Positions 12,896 to 25,828 of a DNA stretch of 64,000 bases are shown piece after piece. The position numbers were made by a program, and so were the translations under genes. The notes beneath the pieces were generated by a model. It had not been told where the DNA came from. It did no database searches and was given only the letters and a program-made list of their open reading frames with translations. The number at the start of each line of letters is the position of its first letter. Position 1 is the first letter of the stretch. The stretch is from Selaginella moellendorffii (lineage: Eukaryota; Plantae; Lycopodiophyta): the NCBI RefSeq assembly GCF_000143415.4, contig NW_003314347.1, positions 643,438-707,437 on the forward strand, read 5' to 3'.

Positions 12896-15064
12896 GGTCC
12901 TATATGCAAAACCATACTTAGCAGATAATACTAAGTCTTGGTGGAAAACAATAGAGGCCAATAAAGGACCGGTGGCCACTTGGGAAATGATGAAGGCGAG
13001 GATCCATGCAACCTACGTTCCTCCACACTCTGCACCTAAGGGATGAGTTGAATAGGCTAAAGTAGACTAGAACCATTCAAGAATATGTGAATGCATTTAT
13101 GGCAAAGAGGATACATATCACAGACATGAGTGATATGGATGTGTTTCATGCCTTCATATTAGGCTTGCAAACCTGGGCTCACGGCAAGGTGATGTGTTGG
13201 AACCCGACTAGCTACAAGGAAGCATTGGATGCAGCTATCAAGGTGCATTTCAATGATAACCTGCGAAAGGGGAACACAATGGGGTCAAGGTCCACATTTA
13301 GTAAAGGGGCCAAACCAAATGAGACATATGGCGAAGGGAAATTTAAGAAGAGCTTCTCTAAGAATGAGTCTTTGGGGTTCCGAAAAGGTAGATTCATGGG
13401 CTAGCGAGTAAGTACATGGGGGAGTCAAGCGAAAAAGGACAAACCCACAAATAAAAAAGTCAAGTCTGCTAGTAGCATGGGAAACAACATATGCTTCAAC
13501 TACGGTGAAGCGGGACACCTTTTGAGGGAATGTCCCTACTTGAAGAAGGCCAGAGCCAATATGGCCATTAAGTCGGGTGAAATCCATACGTGATATAATC
13601 CCTAACTTAAAGTTACTCATTACATGACCAACTTTGGTAGAGAGTCGTTTGTAACATCTAGTAGCCCTCCGAGAGCAACTCGGAGGTAGTTTTGTTAACA
13701 TTCTATTGATATGGGTGCTTTAGATAATTTTGTGGCTGCAGATATAATTTGGCAAGCCAGACTAATGGTGTAGCGGCTGGGTGAACCAAGGACTATAGAG
13801 TTTGTCCAAGGCAGCCAAAGCACTAATAAGGTACTTTGACAAGCAAGAGTCGAAGTTGGGACATGGAAAGTAATTATAGATTTCACTGTGTTGAACATGG
13901 CAGGATTTGACATAATCTTTGGGATGGATTGGTTTAATCGGTTTGTGGTAGCCCTGCATGAACAAGGTAGGAACCTTGTGGTACTAACAAATGCCTGAGG
14001 AGAACAATCTAGGGTGGAGGCCTAAGATCTAAAGTAGGGCAATGTAAGGCCAAAGACTCTTGCTTGAACCTGGTGTCCACGAGAGGACAACTCACTAAAG
14101 GAACCAAGGTAGCATTTTTGTGCTTACTTTCGATAAGGAGTGACAAAAAGACGGGAACATAAGAAGTACATTTAGTGATTCAGCAAGTGTGTTGAATCAC
14201 TGCTGAAGAAGCTACCAGCAGGATTACCCCCTGAACGACCGATAGAATATAGATTCAAGTTGGTTAAGGGTGCTAAGGCGGTGGTTTGTCCCCCCTATCG
14301 GTTGAACAAAAAGGAACTTGAGGAGCTCAAATGCCAATTTGAGGAGTTGGTGGAAAAAGGGTATGTTAAGTTGAGCAAGTTATTGTATGGTGCACTGGTG
14401 TTATTTGTGAAAAAAAAAGATGGATTTATGCGTATATGTATAGACTACTGGTTGCTCAACAAGTATACAAAGAAGAACACATACCTTTTACCAAGGATTG
14501 AAGACTTGTTCGATAGGCTGGGAAAGGCGAAATACTTCTCGAGGATCAACCTAAGTTCAAGATACTACTAGATCAGGATAGCAGAGGAAGATGTCGAGAA
14601 GACAACCTGTTGGACAAGGTATGGAAGATTTGAGTTTCTAGTGATGCCCTTTGGGTTGTGCAATGCACCAATAACGTTCTCGGCACTAATGAACCACATC
14701 TTTGTACCCTACCTGGATCATTTTATAGTCGTCTACATTGATGACTTCTTGATCTATAGTGAGATGCTAAAGGAGTATGCTGAACATTTGATGAAGGTGT
14801 TTGAGAAACTAAGGGAACACCAACTGTATACTAAGAGAGCAAATATGACAACAAAAGGTAAAGTTTCTTAGGCATGTGGTGGGCAAGGACAGGCTCAAGG
14901 TGGACCCTAAGAAGGTTCAAGCGTCCAGGAATGGGAATGACCATCAAATGTACATTAGTTAAGGGCATTCTTAGGGCTATGGAACTACTACTAAAAGTTT
15001 ATTAAACACCATTTGAGAGTAACTCTGCCTTTAATGGACCAAACAGGAAAAAGGAAGATGGTGT

Positions 15065-15259
15065 TGTAAGCTCTTGAGTTTAAACTTCCTGGGAGGTCAC
15101 CCAACCCAGTACTATTTAAACCCAAGGACACTTAACCCCAAATATCCTAAGACCCTTAACCAATTGGAAAAGGGGGTGCACTTTTGTTCATGGGCCCTTT
15201 CGCTCTATATTTGAACCCTTATGGATCGTCTCTCGAGTCGTTCTTTTTGGTTGCTTACA
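15065..15259 (-). mobile_element. Second Cassandra-like 5S-containing solo LTR, inverted, inserted between RT and RNase H of element A
   Basis: 195 bp, TGTAAG...CTTACA, with a perfect 5-bp TSD GGTGT (15060-15064 / 15260-15264). It is the reverse complement of 12205-12398 and includes gttaagtgtccttggg...agtactgggttgggtgacctcccaggaag. Confidence 0.9.
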
Positions 15260-16603
15260 GGTGTAGACAGTGGAATGCGAGGTGGCATTTGTCCACCTCA
15301 AAGGGAAGTTGAGGAAAGCTCCGTATTGGCATTACCAGACTTTGGTAAAGACTTTGAGGTAGAAATAGATGTTTCAGACTTTGTGTTGGGTGCAGTTTTG
15401 AAGCAAGACAACCATTTAGTAGCGTTCTTCTAAAAAAAAGTTGGATAAGGCTCAATGAAAGTGGCCTGCCCATGAGAAGGAATTGTTTGCGGTGGTCAAA
15501 GCGCTCAAGGAGTGGCAATATTACTTTGGGAGACATTTCAAAGTTTACACGGCAACGAAACACTTCTTGTCACAACCCGACATGAGAGGGAAATAGGGTC
15601 GGTGGGCCAATGCTTTGGCTGAGTTTGATTGTGAGATTCTGTATAAACCTGGGAAGAGTAACATCGTGGTGGATGCTCTAAGTTGAAAGGCAAGCTTGAA
15701 GTTGGCAATATCCAGTGCGACAGTAACATTTTGGGATGACGTGCGAATAGCGTATGAGAATAATGGTCTAGCACAAGAAGTGTTGCTGAGGAACCAAGAG
15801 GCGTGAAAAACTCACCAGAAAGGTGAGCTGCCAACGGAAGAGAAAATGGGCTATGTGAAATGCAATGGACTCATCTATTATAAACAAATGAAGGTGTATG
15901 TTCTAGAAGGGAAACTAAAAAAGGTAACCTTGGAAGAGTGTCATGACGGACCTTTTGTGAGACACAGCAGAATGCCCAAAACAATGGGCTTACTCAAAAG
16001 GAAGTATCACTGGCTAGATATGGCTAAAGACATCCAAGATTATGTAAAGACATGTCCAACATATCAACAGGTCAAACTGTGATTAAGGCTAATGGGGGCT
16101 TGTTATAAAGCATCCTAATTCCAAATCATCTGTGGAAATGTCTTACGATGGATTTCATCACCAGACTAGTGAGGGGTTTGATGTGATATTCGTGGTGGTG
16201 AACCAATTTTTGAAAATGGCACATTTTATACCCACCACAATGGAAGTCAATGTGGAAAGTGTGGCAAAACTTTTCTTCGAACAAGTGGTTTGAGTGTGGG
16301 GAAGGCCAAAAGAGATTATCTCAGATCAAGATAAGATTTTCACCAGTAGGTTTTGGAGAATTCTTCTGAAATAGTATTGCACCAAGTTGAAATTCAACAC
16401 AGCTTATCACCCATAAATAAGTATTGGGTATTAAGTCAAGTTTGATGGCACTAACACTTTTTGATAGATGGACAAACAGAAAGGGTGAATAGGCAGTTAA
16501 AGGATTATTTGCAATGCTATGTCTCTGGAGACCAGACTGATTGAGTAAGTCATTTGGGACTTGCGGAAATGTGCTATAACAACTCACCACACTCGAGTAT
16601 CGG

Positions 16604-19600
16604 TGTCATGAATGTGACTTCAGGTATCAAAAGTTATCTGTAGACCAGTCCTTTTGGATATTCTTTTCTTATTGCCACGACGGAGGAGGTCGGTATTGCT
16701 AGTTCCCTTTATCAACCTTTCTTGTTCAAGTGTTAGTTTACTGGGCTTAGCACTTGTACTTAGCCACATGGACATAAGGTAGGAACTCCTATGTATCTTT
16801 AGCTGAGCATACTCGGCATGGTTCTTAGTTCTCTTTTGCTCTGTCTTGCATTGGCTTGGCAAGAACCCTCACGTATTGAGACTAGTCCCTCAATATCGCT
16901 AGATGATAGCTTACCATGTCTACCAAACACCCTCCCTTTGTGTTAGTCTTATTTCGGTCCCAAATGCTATTTATAGAAAGTGTCTAAATTCGCTCATTTG
17001 GCATATTTGCGGAATATAGAGATTGTCCTGAACACAATAGTGTTTGTCTCGTGTCCAAATTCACAATCTAGGGACATTCCATATTTAGTAAGTTTCAAGT
17101 NNNNNNNNNNNNNNNNNNNNNNNNNNNNNNNNNNNNNNNNNNNNNNNNNNNNNNNNNNNNNNNNNNNNNNNNNNNNNNNNNNNNNNNNNNNNNNNNNNNN
17201 NNNNNNNNNNNNNNNNNNNNNNNNNNNNNNNNNNNNNNNNNNNNNNNNNNNNNNNNNNNNNNNNNNNNNNNNNNNNNNNNNNNNNNNNNNNNNNNNNNNN
17301 NNNNNNNNNNNNNNNNNNNNNNNNNNNNNNNNNNNNNNNNNNNNNNNNNNNNNNNNNNNNNNNNNNNNNNNNNNACACCACTGTCTTTTAGACACGTGGC
17401 ACATGAAGGGTTTAGGTTCTGCTTCATGGTTATCCTATGGTAAATCACCATAGGATAAAGGGTAAAAACCACGTGTCCTACATTTGGTATCAGAGGATAC
17501 GTCTCAGCAAATATTATCTAATGAGATTGGACAAATAGTCTCGTTGTATACTCAAAGATGAAAATGATGATCTGAGTGGGTACATGTTTAGGTGCAAAGG
17601 CTTTGCAATTGTTCCTTAGGTAGAGATTTTGGTTACCTTTTGTGCTATATGATGTGAGCTTGATCTTGGGCTCATAGAATGGATTTGAGGTGTACTATTT
17701 TGCACGAGTTTGCGCTTGGGCTCATGAGTGAGACGCATTAGCAACTCAAGGATACATTTTGAGTTGGCAAGATTAGTGTTAGCCTATTAAGAGTTTTATG
17801 AGTTGTTCCATGTACCATGAGTGAAAGTAAACCTCCTTTGGGTTTGCTATGAGTGGCAAATAGGCTGGTCCGTAGCTATTTAGCACAGCACTAGTGGATC
17901 CTTCCTAGGCATGATTACAAGTGGATCAATCAAGACTGTAAGGATTAGTCTGTTGATTCGAGTAGTCATTGTCATGCTCTCTCATAAACTTTTCTTGGAT
18001 TGGACTGAAGGCAGTGCGAACACAAGCTTGAGGTTTAGTCAAAGATGAGGGCGAAAAGAGAGTCGTTAGAGACGAAGGATCAAACATGTAAATCATCTTC
18101 TCTTCTTAGAGAGATGATTCGCAACGAGGTGTGACTCATTGTGTTCACATTATGCAAACAAGAGTCCCTAATTTGATATATATTGGAAATGATGGTCTTG
18201 CAAGTGGTGAGTGGCATGAGTTTATCTGTGTTATGAACAAAAGTTAGTGGTGTTGGGTGTTGTAAATCTCTATTGGTGGAGTGTGGTATTTATGTTGCAT
18301 TTTGTCGAATCGAGTTGGCACTTGATAATCACATAAACCTTTGAAGTAATGCCATGGGCGTTGCTCGTGGTGTTGCTCAATTGATCAAGTCATTATGATA
18401 CTTATATCATATCCATGTGATAATGAGCAATGTGTTTACAAAGTTGCTTGGTTAAACGATAATCAACCCCAAAGTGGCTGATGGTGAAGCTAGTCTACTT
18501 ACATATAATAGCATTATAGTAGTTTTAACTGGGTTCTTAATAATGATTTATAATATGCTAAGCTTATGTTGGTACCTTGTTTCTTAAGGAGTTTGCCCAT
18601 TAAGGTGTTGGAAAGGGTTATAGCATTCACTTGTTATGGCTTGTTGGTTAACCTATTAGCATTTGGAGTAGATTGTTGGATAGAGATGGTGTGTAATTGA
18701 GACATTAACATCACTAACACTTATGTTAATGGAAGTGGCATTATTTTTCAAGTGATGAGAAATCCTCCTTAGAGCTTGATTTTCCATATCATTTTTCTTG
18801 TTAGTGTTTTGGCTTCATAGTGGATCTTGAAAGTGATTGAAGAAGAGCGTTAATGGTGGATGTCTAGAGATATAGTCTTTATGATCAAATCTTGGATGTT
18901 TATTTTACATTTTGCAGATGTCAGTGTTAAATGTCAGAAAAATGGGCAAAGATGTTTGAGGCTTAAGCATACTATGGGTCATGAGAATTTGTGTTGAGGT
19001 GAACCTATGTAAAATTGTTGATAGGAAGAAGTTGGTTGAGTCTTGAAAGTTTGCATTCTTGGACTGAGAGTCATTCTTTCTCTAGGATGGAAATTTTCCA
19101 TAAATTTTCTTAAACTTTTCCAATGGCTGATCTATTAATCACTTTACTTGAAAACCATTAAGCCAATACAAACTAGTGAAGGGGTTGGAGTTGACTTTAA
19201 TTGGCTTAAACCTTAGTAGGTAGTTTATATAATGCAACCCGAAAGGGATGCTGACTTTTGGGGATAAAGCAATTGAGTTGGATAGAGGAGTTGGTGTAGA
19301 AAAGTGGCTATTACACTTTTCTAAGAAAGGTGACCCTTGTGCCTTTCTTCTGTATTGTTATGCTTAGTGGTAAATTGTACCTTGCATTTTGTTAAACTCT
19401 ATGAGAGTAGTGAGCTCTCACTAATCTTGACTTGGTCTTGGTAGCCTTGCACTTTGGCTGAGGATAGTGATGTCCAACTTAGTTGTTTGAGGTTAAGATG
19501 ATGGTACCTGTACTATAGCTTTGTCTATGAGGAGGTTGTGTACCAATATGAGTCCATCTCATGGTCTTCACTTTAATTTTGACTAAGTGTTGGTCATGCA

Positions 19601-22465
19601 AAACTAGCCTCTTCAAGGCATGCTCAGAGTTGTTGGCTAAATGTGTCGGTAAACTTATTGCAGTTGAGTTGGATTCAAGTAGTTATTTAGTTCGTGCTTG
19701 TCCATGAACCTTTATCTCGTGCTTAGGGTATTACGTTCATGTTAGATAAATATACGACTCGATGGTATGAGTTTAGTGTTTGGGTCTTGTGAAGGTAAGT
19801 TGAAGAGTGATTGTTAGTTACTTTGCGACTAGTGATTGCTTGTAGACTTTATTAAGGACTTTTAACACTTGCTTCACTCGATAAAGATTTAACACTGATG
19901 GGCTTGCTTTACCGGATGGTGTTGCCGAAGATCGTGTCATTAAACTTACATGGGTTTTTCATGTTAGCATATCAACTCTACCTATGTCGATATCATTTGG
20001 TTGTGTTTAGTTATAGTGTTAGATTTTATTGAGTCTTAGATGTGGTGAATCACTCCTTGATGATGTGTTATCTGAAATTGAGTATTTTTGAAGGATTACT
20101 CTCGGATACTAAATATAGTATCTTCGACTTTGGTTAGCTTGGTTGCAAAAGAGTTTTGAGTGGTGATTCACTCTTGTTTTATTTTAGCTTTGTTCTTGTG
20201 TTGATGGCATTGAAGTGATGCCTTGTTGTTAACAATATTGTTGTTGAGATGTGAGATAAGATGTCTCTCCATAGGATTGATATTGAGTTTCATTAGTCTC
20301 GATGAAAATAGTGTTAATGATTTGGCTATAGCTTTGTGTTATTGGCATTCGTGCATTTGCTAGTTAGCAACTACATTGATGTTCAAATGAATTGAGTGGC
20401 AAATTGAGTTAGTTACGTTCTAGACAAAATTATTTATTAAGGGTTGAGCTTTGAGCTTTTCCTTGGAAGGTGATTCAGTCATAGACTATACTAACTTTAC
20501 GAGCGGAAAAGTTAGTGATTGATATTGAAGTGATTAAATCCTTATTGGATTTGAGTTGAGATATATCAATTATTAATAATTCTTCTTGTACTTGTTGCGA
20601 AGTGAGTTATGTCTTGCTATAGATGGATTTATGGAGGATTGTTTAGTGATTATTTGTTGAACATAGCTTTATTGTGTTTGACTTTTAGATTGATGTAGAT
20701 ATGCTCTTCATTAATTTTACATTATGAAGTTTAGCTTATGGATGTGTTAGGGAGGATATTATGGGTTGTGCCATGATTTTTTCTTTAGCATTGAAGTTAG
20801 TTCATGCAAAACTTGTGATCACTGTTAAGCAAGACTTGGCTATAGACTTCTTCGAACTTTTGCTTCATTAAGTTTTATGCTCATTGTCCTATTTGTTAGA
20901 AATTGTTGAGGAAGGCATTCTGACTCATTAGCTTCGATGTTGAAGTTGGCTTTTGCATCTAGCAATCATTGGTGATGATTGACTATCATCTAGAATAATT
21001 GATTATCCTTGTCAAAGTTTTACTCGATTGTTATTGAATGATTTACCATTCTTTGGGATGGTGGATTCTTTTTTCAACGATGATTATGCATCTCTCTATT
21101 AATGGGATGATTAATGATCTTTTATGATAGTTAATTGTGAGGTTTGATAGCTTCTAGCTTTTCGCATTACCACTTGTTGTTTGTGGTTTGCTCTGGATTG
21201 ATCTCTTGGGTTTGAGATATATGTAGGATGTTGTTGATTCTTGCTTAAGCAACTTTGGTTCTTTAGTATTGTTAACTGGGTTCTATATAGATTGGCTAAT
21301 ATGATAATTGAGATGAACAAATGTTTGTTAGTCTTACCACATTCATTCTATTCTATTGATTATTGTTCGAGTTAGTTTTGATAGATTTGGATGTTATTTC
21401 CTTTAGGTGATACATTCATAGGCATCTTACTTGCCAGTCAATGGATACTTTGTGTTCTTTTAGTTGTCTTTTATAAGTTGTTTAGCATGCTATCTGCAAT
21501 ATTCGGTAGTTAAGTTTTTTCATTGAGTTTACTTAATGATATACTTGCTATTGAATTTTGTTGAATGGTGAATTTTGTATTTACCAGTTATGATGATCTT
21601 GGTGGTTCCTATACTAAAATACTGCTTTATCAGATAATAACTTACTTGGATTATTTTTGTGTTCTAATCTAAGATATAATTAAGTCTCTAAGATATCATT
21701 GTCTATGACTTTGATATTGTCCATCTATTGCTCTTTGAGTTTAGGCCAATATAGGCAGACTGGCTTTGGCCCTTCATGTGCATGGTGAAATCTTTAGTTA
21801 TCACCCACCTCTTTGTCGATGTTCCTTATTCCGTTCAAAGGGCGTGACCATGTAAACAACTTTATGTTTAGCGCAGTCTATCTAAACCTTACCGATGGGT
21901 TTTGTTTCTTTGCTTATGAGGGTTCTTTCTCTCTCTATATCCCTGTAGGCAGGGTGTATCACACTTTTGTAAGTTAGGTGACAACTAGAGCAACAAGGGC
22001 GGCTAACTTTGTTAGTCATTTCCTTGTTGGTGATGGCTAGAAGGTGTCTGAGTGGGTAGTGCATCCGCGTTAGACAAAGAGGTTACATTAACTCATTTAA
22101 GTTAATGTATTTCTCACATAATGTGAATACCGTGAACTTTTTCTAGAGTTGTTTCCTTGGCGGTATTCTAAACTAAAGTATGCATCGACAAGGACATCAA
22201 TCTTCCCTAAAGGGGGGAGAGTGTCGCAAATGTGACTTCGGGTATCAAAAGTTACCTATCAGTTAGTCCTTTCAGATATTCTTTCCTTATTGCCACGACG
22301 GCAAGAGGTCGATATTGCTAGTTCCTTTTATCAACCCCTCTTGTTCAAATGTTAGTTTACTGGGCTTAGCACTTGTACTTTGCCAGATGGACATAAGGTA
22401 GGAACTTCTATGTGTTTTTAGCTGAGCATACTCGGCCTGGCTCTTAGTTCTCTTTTGCTCTAAAA
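16604..22465 (+). mobile_element. Non-coding / heavily decayed LTR element B (LARD-like) nested in the integrase of element A
   Basis: 5' LTR 16604-17482 (TG...CA, contains the N gap), PBS TGGTATCAGAG at ~17485 and PPT AAGGGGGGAGAG at ~22209. The 3' LTR starts at 22222 and its similarity ends near 22465. The 4.7-kb interior has no long ORF. Confidence 0.8.
17101..17374. other. Assembly gap (N run)
   Basis: Run of N characters. Confidence 1.
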
Positions 22466-23499
22466 TTCTTGAAATGTTAGTCTCCAAAATAAGGCTTCAT
22501 AATCATAGCTTATTTGTAAACATAAGAGCTTCTAGAATTCTAGATTATTGTGTATATCTATGCTATATCATTTTGATGAAATCCTACTTCATTATGCATA
22601 TATTTTTTTCCACATATGCCAATTTTCTAGAGAAATAGACTGTAGGGAAATATAAACCACATTATAATGGTAGGGAATACTAACACGCTATCATTCTCTT
22701 ATGTGAGATTGCCTTTCAGTCTTGGAAATGTATATAAAATTGATTCTTTGATATTGTATTACTTTTGAGTCTTTCAAAAGATTTTAATTTCTTTTATTAT
22801 TATTCACAAACAATTCTCAAAAACTCTTATTAGGGATTCACTGCAAAAATATATCTTGATATTTTTATATAGGAGGATTTCAATATAAACAAGTAATAGA
22901 GTTTTTTATATGAATTAATATATAAATTACAAATATTATGGAAAGTTTTAAGGTGTAGATTTCTTGGTTCTTTCTACTATGTTGTTCATCTCTATTATTT
23001 CAGAAATAACATAGTATTTTATCAATGGTGACAGTGGTTTTCATATTCCCAGATGAGTAATAAGGACTAGAGTGTAATATAGAGATTATGGTAGTGAAAT
23101 GATATTAATATTTTCACATTCCTATGCATTACAACTCTTACTTACATATCTTTTATTTTCTTTCTCAAGATCTTTTAAATAACAAAAATCTTTTGAAAAA
23201 TATTTTATTCAAAAAATCTTTTGAATAAAGGAATAATATGTACAGCTATAAAAGTATTAAAAATACTAAGTAGTCAAATAAAAATATGACAGTTGTAATT
23301 ATAAATTTTTACCACCTTTGTATCTCTAATCATTTTTCTTTTTCATTTTTCGGATACTTTAATTTATCAACTCAACACCTTGATAAATGCCCAATTTTGT
23401 TTAAGTTCTACTTAAAACCACTAATTTTTTTTAATTGGCTAAGTTTTTACCACTTTTTACCTCCTCTAAAAGCTCCAACTCAGCTTAGTTGGTAAATGC

Positions 23500-25750
23500 C
23501 TAAGTCATCCATGTAGTGAGAATATGTATTTATTTTCTACCTCTACTAGCTATAATCATATAGCATTCAACCACATTATGAGACTCTTATTGGTTTTTAT
23601 TCAAGTTGAAAATGCTTAAAAGAAAACAATTTGAGGTATTGACTTAGATATTTATTTTGTGACTACAACCAACTCTTTGTCCTTGAACTTTGTTACAATG
23701 TAGACTTCTACTACCATTGCTCATCTATTTGATAAAAAATCTGGCAAAAAAGCTTCTATTTTATGAAAAAAAAATTATTTTTACCATTCTTACCCTCAAC
23801 TTGGATCAAGTCCTAATTTGATCCACATCTATGACAAAAAGAGCTATAGTTTCTACTAAATGCCTTAAAACTTCATTCTTTTCTCTTCCATCCTTTATAG
23901 AGTTTATTTTCACCTTAGTGGTCTACAAATACACTCAACACAAAAACATGCCTATAACTCATTTGCGCATTTACTTTAAATGACATCTCTAAGTAACCTA
24001 AACCCCCTCAAATAAACCTTTTGCAGTCTTTTTAATTGCTATTAGTCAGTCCTTTGCAGCTTCTTCTATAGTTGTTTGCTACCTACAAGCATTTCTAATT
24101 TTAACACTTTCTTGATTGTTCAATAATGTTGACATAAGATGCTTCTTTCTTCCATCTTTAGAATTGTGTTCCACAATAAATGCCAATTGCCCTTTATCTC
24201 CAAAGTTAGAAATGTTCTTAGGTATTCCAAATGGTCTTTGACCTCAGCCTCTACCACCTCCTCCAAATCCTCATCCTCATCTTGGAAGACTATGTTAATA
24301 TTGGTGGAATGGTGCAAAATTGTCATACAACACTAAAAAACTCAATGTAGTCTCTTTACAAATCTCTACTTTTAGAATTTATTTCAATTGGCTTGGCTTA
24401 AATCATGGTGGTTCTTTGTAGTTGCTTGGTCCTCTATTGTTCTAAAGCTAAGTATGAGGCACCAAAACCTATTATAGCCATCCAGCCAAATGCCTACAAA
24501 TTACTATTTGTTATTAATGATTCATATATATATTTCACCTCATTTATATCACCCCAAAATTGAGCCAAGAAAATTCCTCACATTAAAATCTTACTCACCA
24601 TAACTCTTCCAAGATCATTAGAATAGGCAGATTCTAAATCTACTTTGGTTGATCCTAGGTGTGAAAGATTAAACTTGTTAGAACTTCCATGTGTCACCAG
24701 CTTGATTATTTAACTTAAAAACTACAAAAGTGTTGGCTAAAGCTCCATTAGCCCAAGTATTGATCTTGCCCACATGCAACTTCAAAAAGCTGTTAAAGTG
24801 TAGACACAACTTATAGAAGCGTCAGGCAAAAGACCCAGCTAGGACAAGACACATTATTACTATCAAACTCACTCTCAGACACTCATAAAACTTTTGGGGC
24901 CATTAGATTTCTCCAACTGGCTAAAAGATTCACAAGAAACCCCATGGCAAGGGCATTAACACACTAGAACCCTAGATGTTCAATAGGGGGATTCCCCACA
25001 TACCAATGAAACAACACTAGAACTCTCACTACAACTCAATGCAAGGCCTTTATGTGGGACAAACCTCGAGCTGCTCCACTTTACACTCTCAAACACACAA
25101 ACATTTGAATGCAAAAGCCCCAAAGGGATGGAGTTAGGCCCAGCTTGACCTCACAAAGTCACAAACACCTCTCTTTTATACTACTTATGTAGTCACTCTT
25201 TAACTTTTTGATCTCCAACACCATAGATGCTCAAATGAGGCTGCTATTCCAAAACCCATCTCATCATGTTCCTAAGAAGAACAATCTTTCATATGTCTAT
25301 GATCTCCCTCTAATTGCAAATACCCAAATCCAAATCTCGCATGAATTTGCAATTGGCTGCCTGATCACAGATCTCTAAATCTTATACCATGAGTTTTGCT
25401 GTTTTCCAATGGGCAGCAAATAAGCAAGTTTAGTTTTTAAGAACCTAATCTATTAATAGCTCTTAACTGATTTACAAAAGCTTCCTATTTAAGATCTATA
25501 TTAACTGTTAATAGTTCAGTTTATAGTATTTTAATTCCCAATACTAAGAAAATAGTCTTTATCTTCATCCTTTAATTCTTTTGGAGATGATGCAATTAAT
25601 AGAGGTGCTATGCAAATACTTTTTGGAGTTACATTTTGGAAGGTTTACTGCAATTTCTATTTCCCAACAAAACACTTCTTCACCCTTCAATATATTCTGT
25701 TACCACAAGAAATTTAAGTGCCAGTATTTGCTGTATGTTTTTAATTATCA
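23500..25750 (-). mobile_element. Probable highly decayed retroelement remnant
   Basis: AT-rich, CpG-poor sequence with fragmentary minus-strand coding-like stretches (e.g. 24120-24326) and a PBS-like TGGTGACAC on the minus strand near 24700. No diagnostic intact domain was found. Confidence 0.35.
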
Positions 25751-25828
25751 AGTGCTTGTTAGAACCAACGGGACCTCCTGGTAAAAATAATGTCTAGGGT
25801 TCTAGAATTCTTTTAGGGTTCTTGGATC

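Larger units (their letters stand above)
11103..16603 (+). mobile_element. Degenerate Ty3/gypsy LTR retrotransposon A (5' LTR 11103-12053, Met-tRNA PBS, gag-PR-RT-RH-INT remnants)
   Basis: LTR runs TGTAAG...CTTACA, followed by PBS TGGTATCGAAGCC (~12057). Remnants include gag (KPKPPSVFKG, SWWK), RT ([28 protein letters not shown]), RNase H (LALPDF..FEVEIDVSDF) and the integrase Zn finger (ECHD..H..CPT). Many stops are present; no 3' LTR was seen. Confidence 0.9.

Noticed and set aside
16980-17472. ORFs with X runs
   Set aside because: Artefacts of the N gap.
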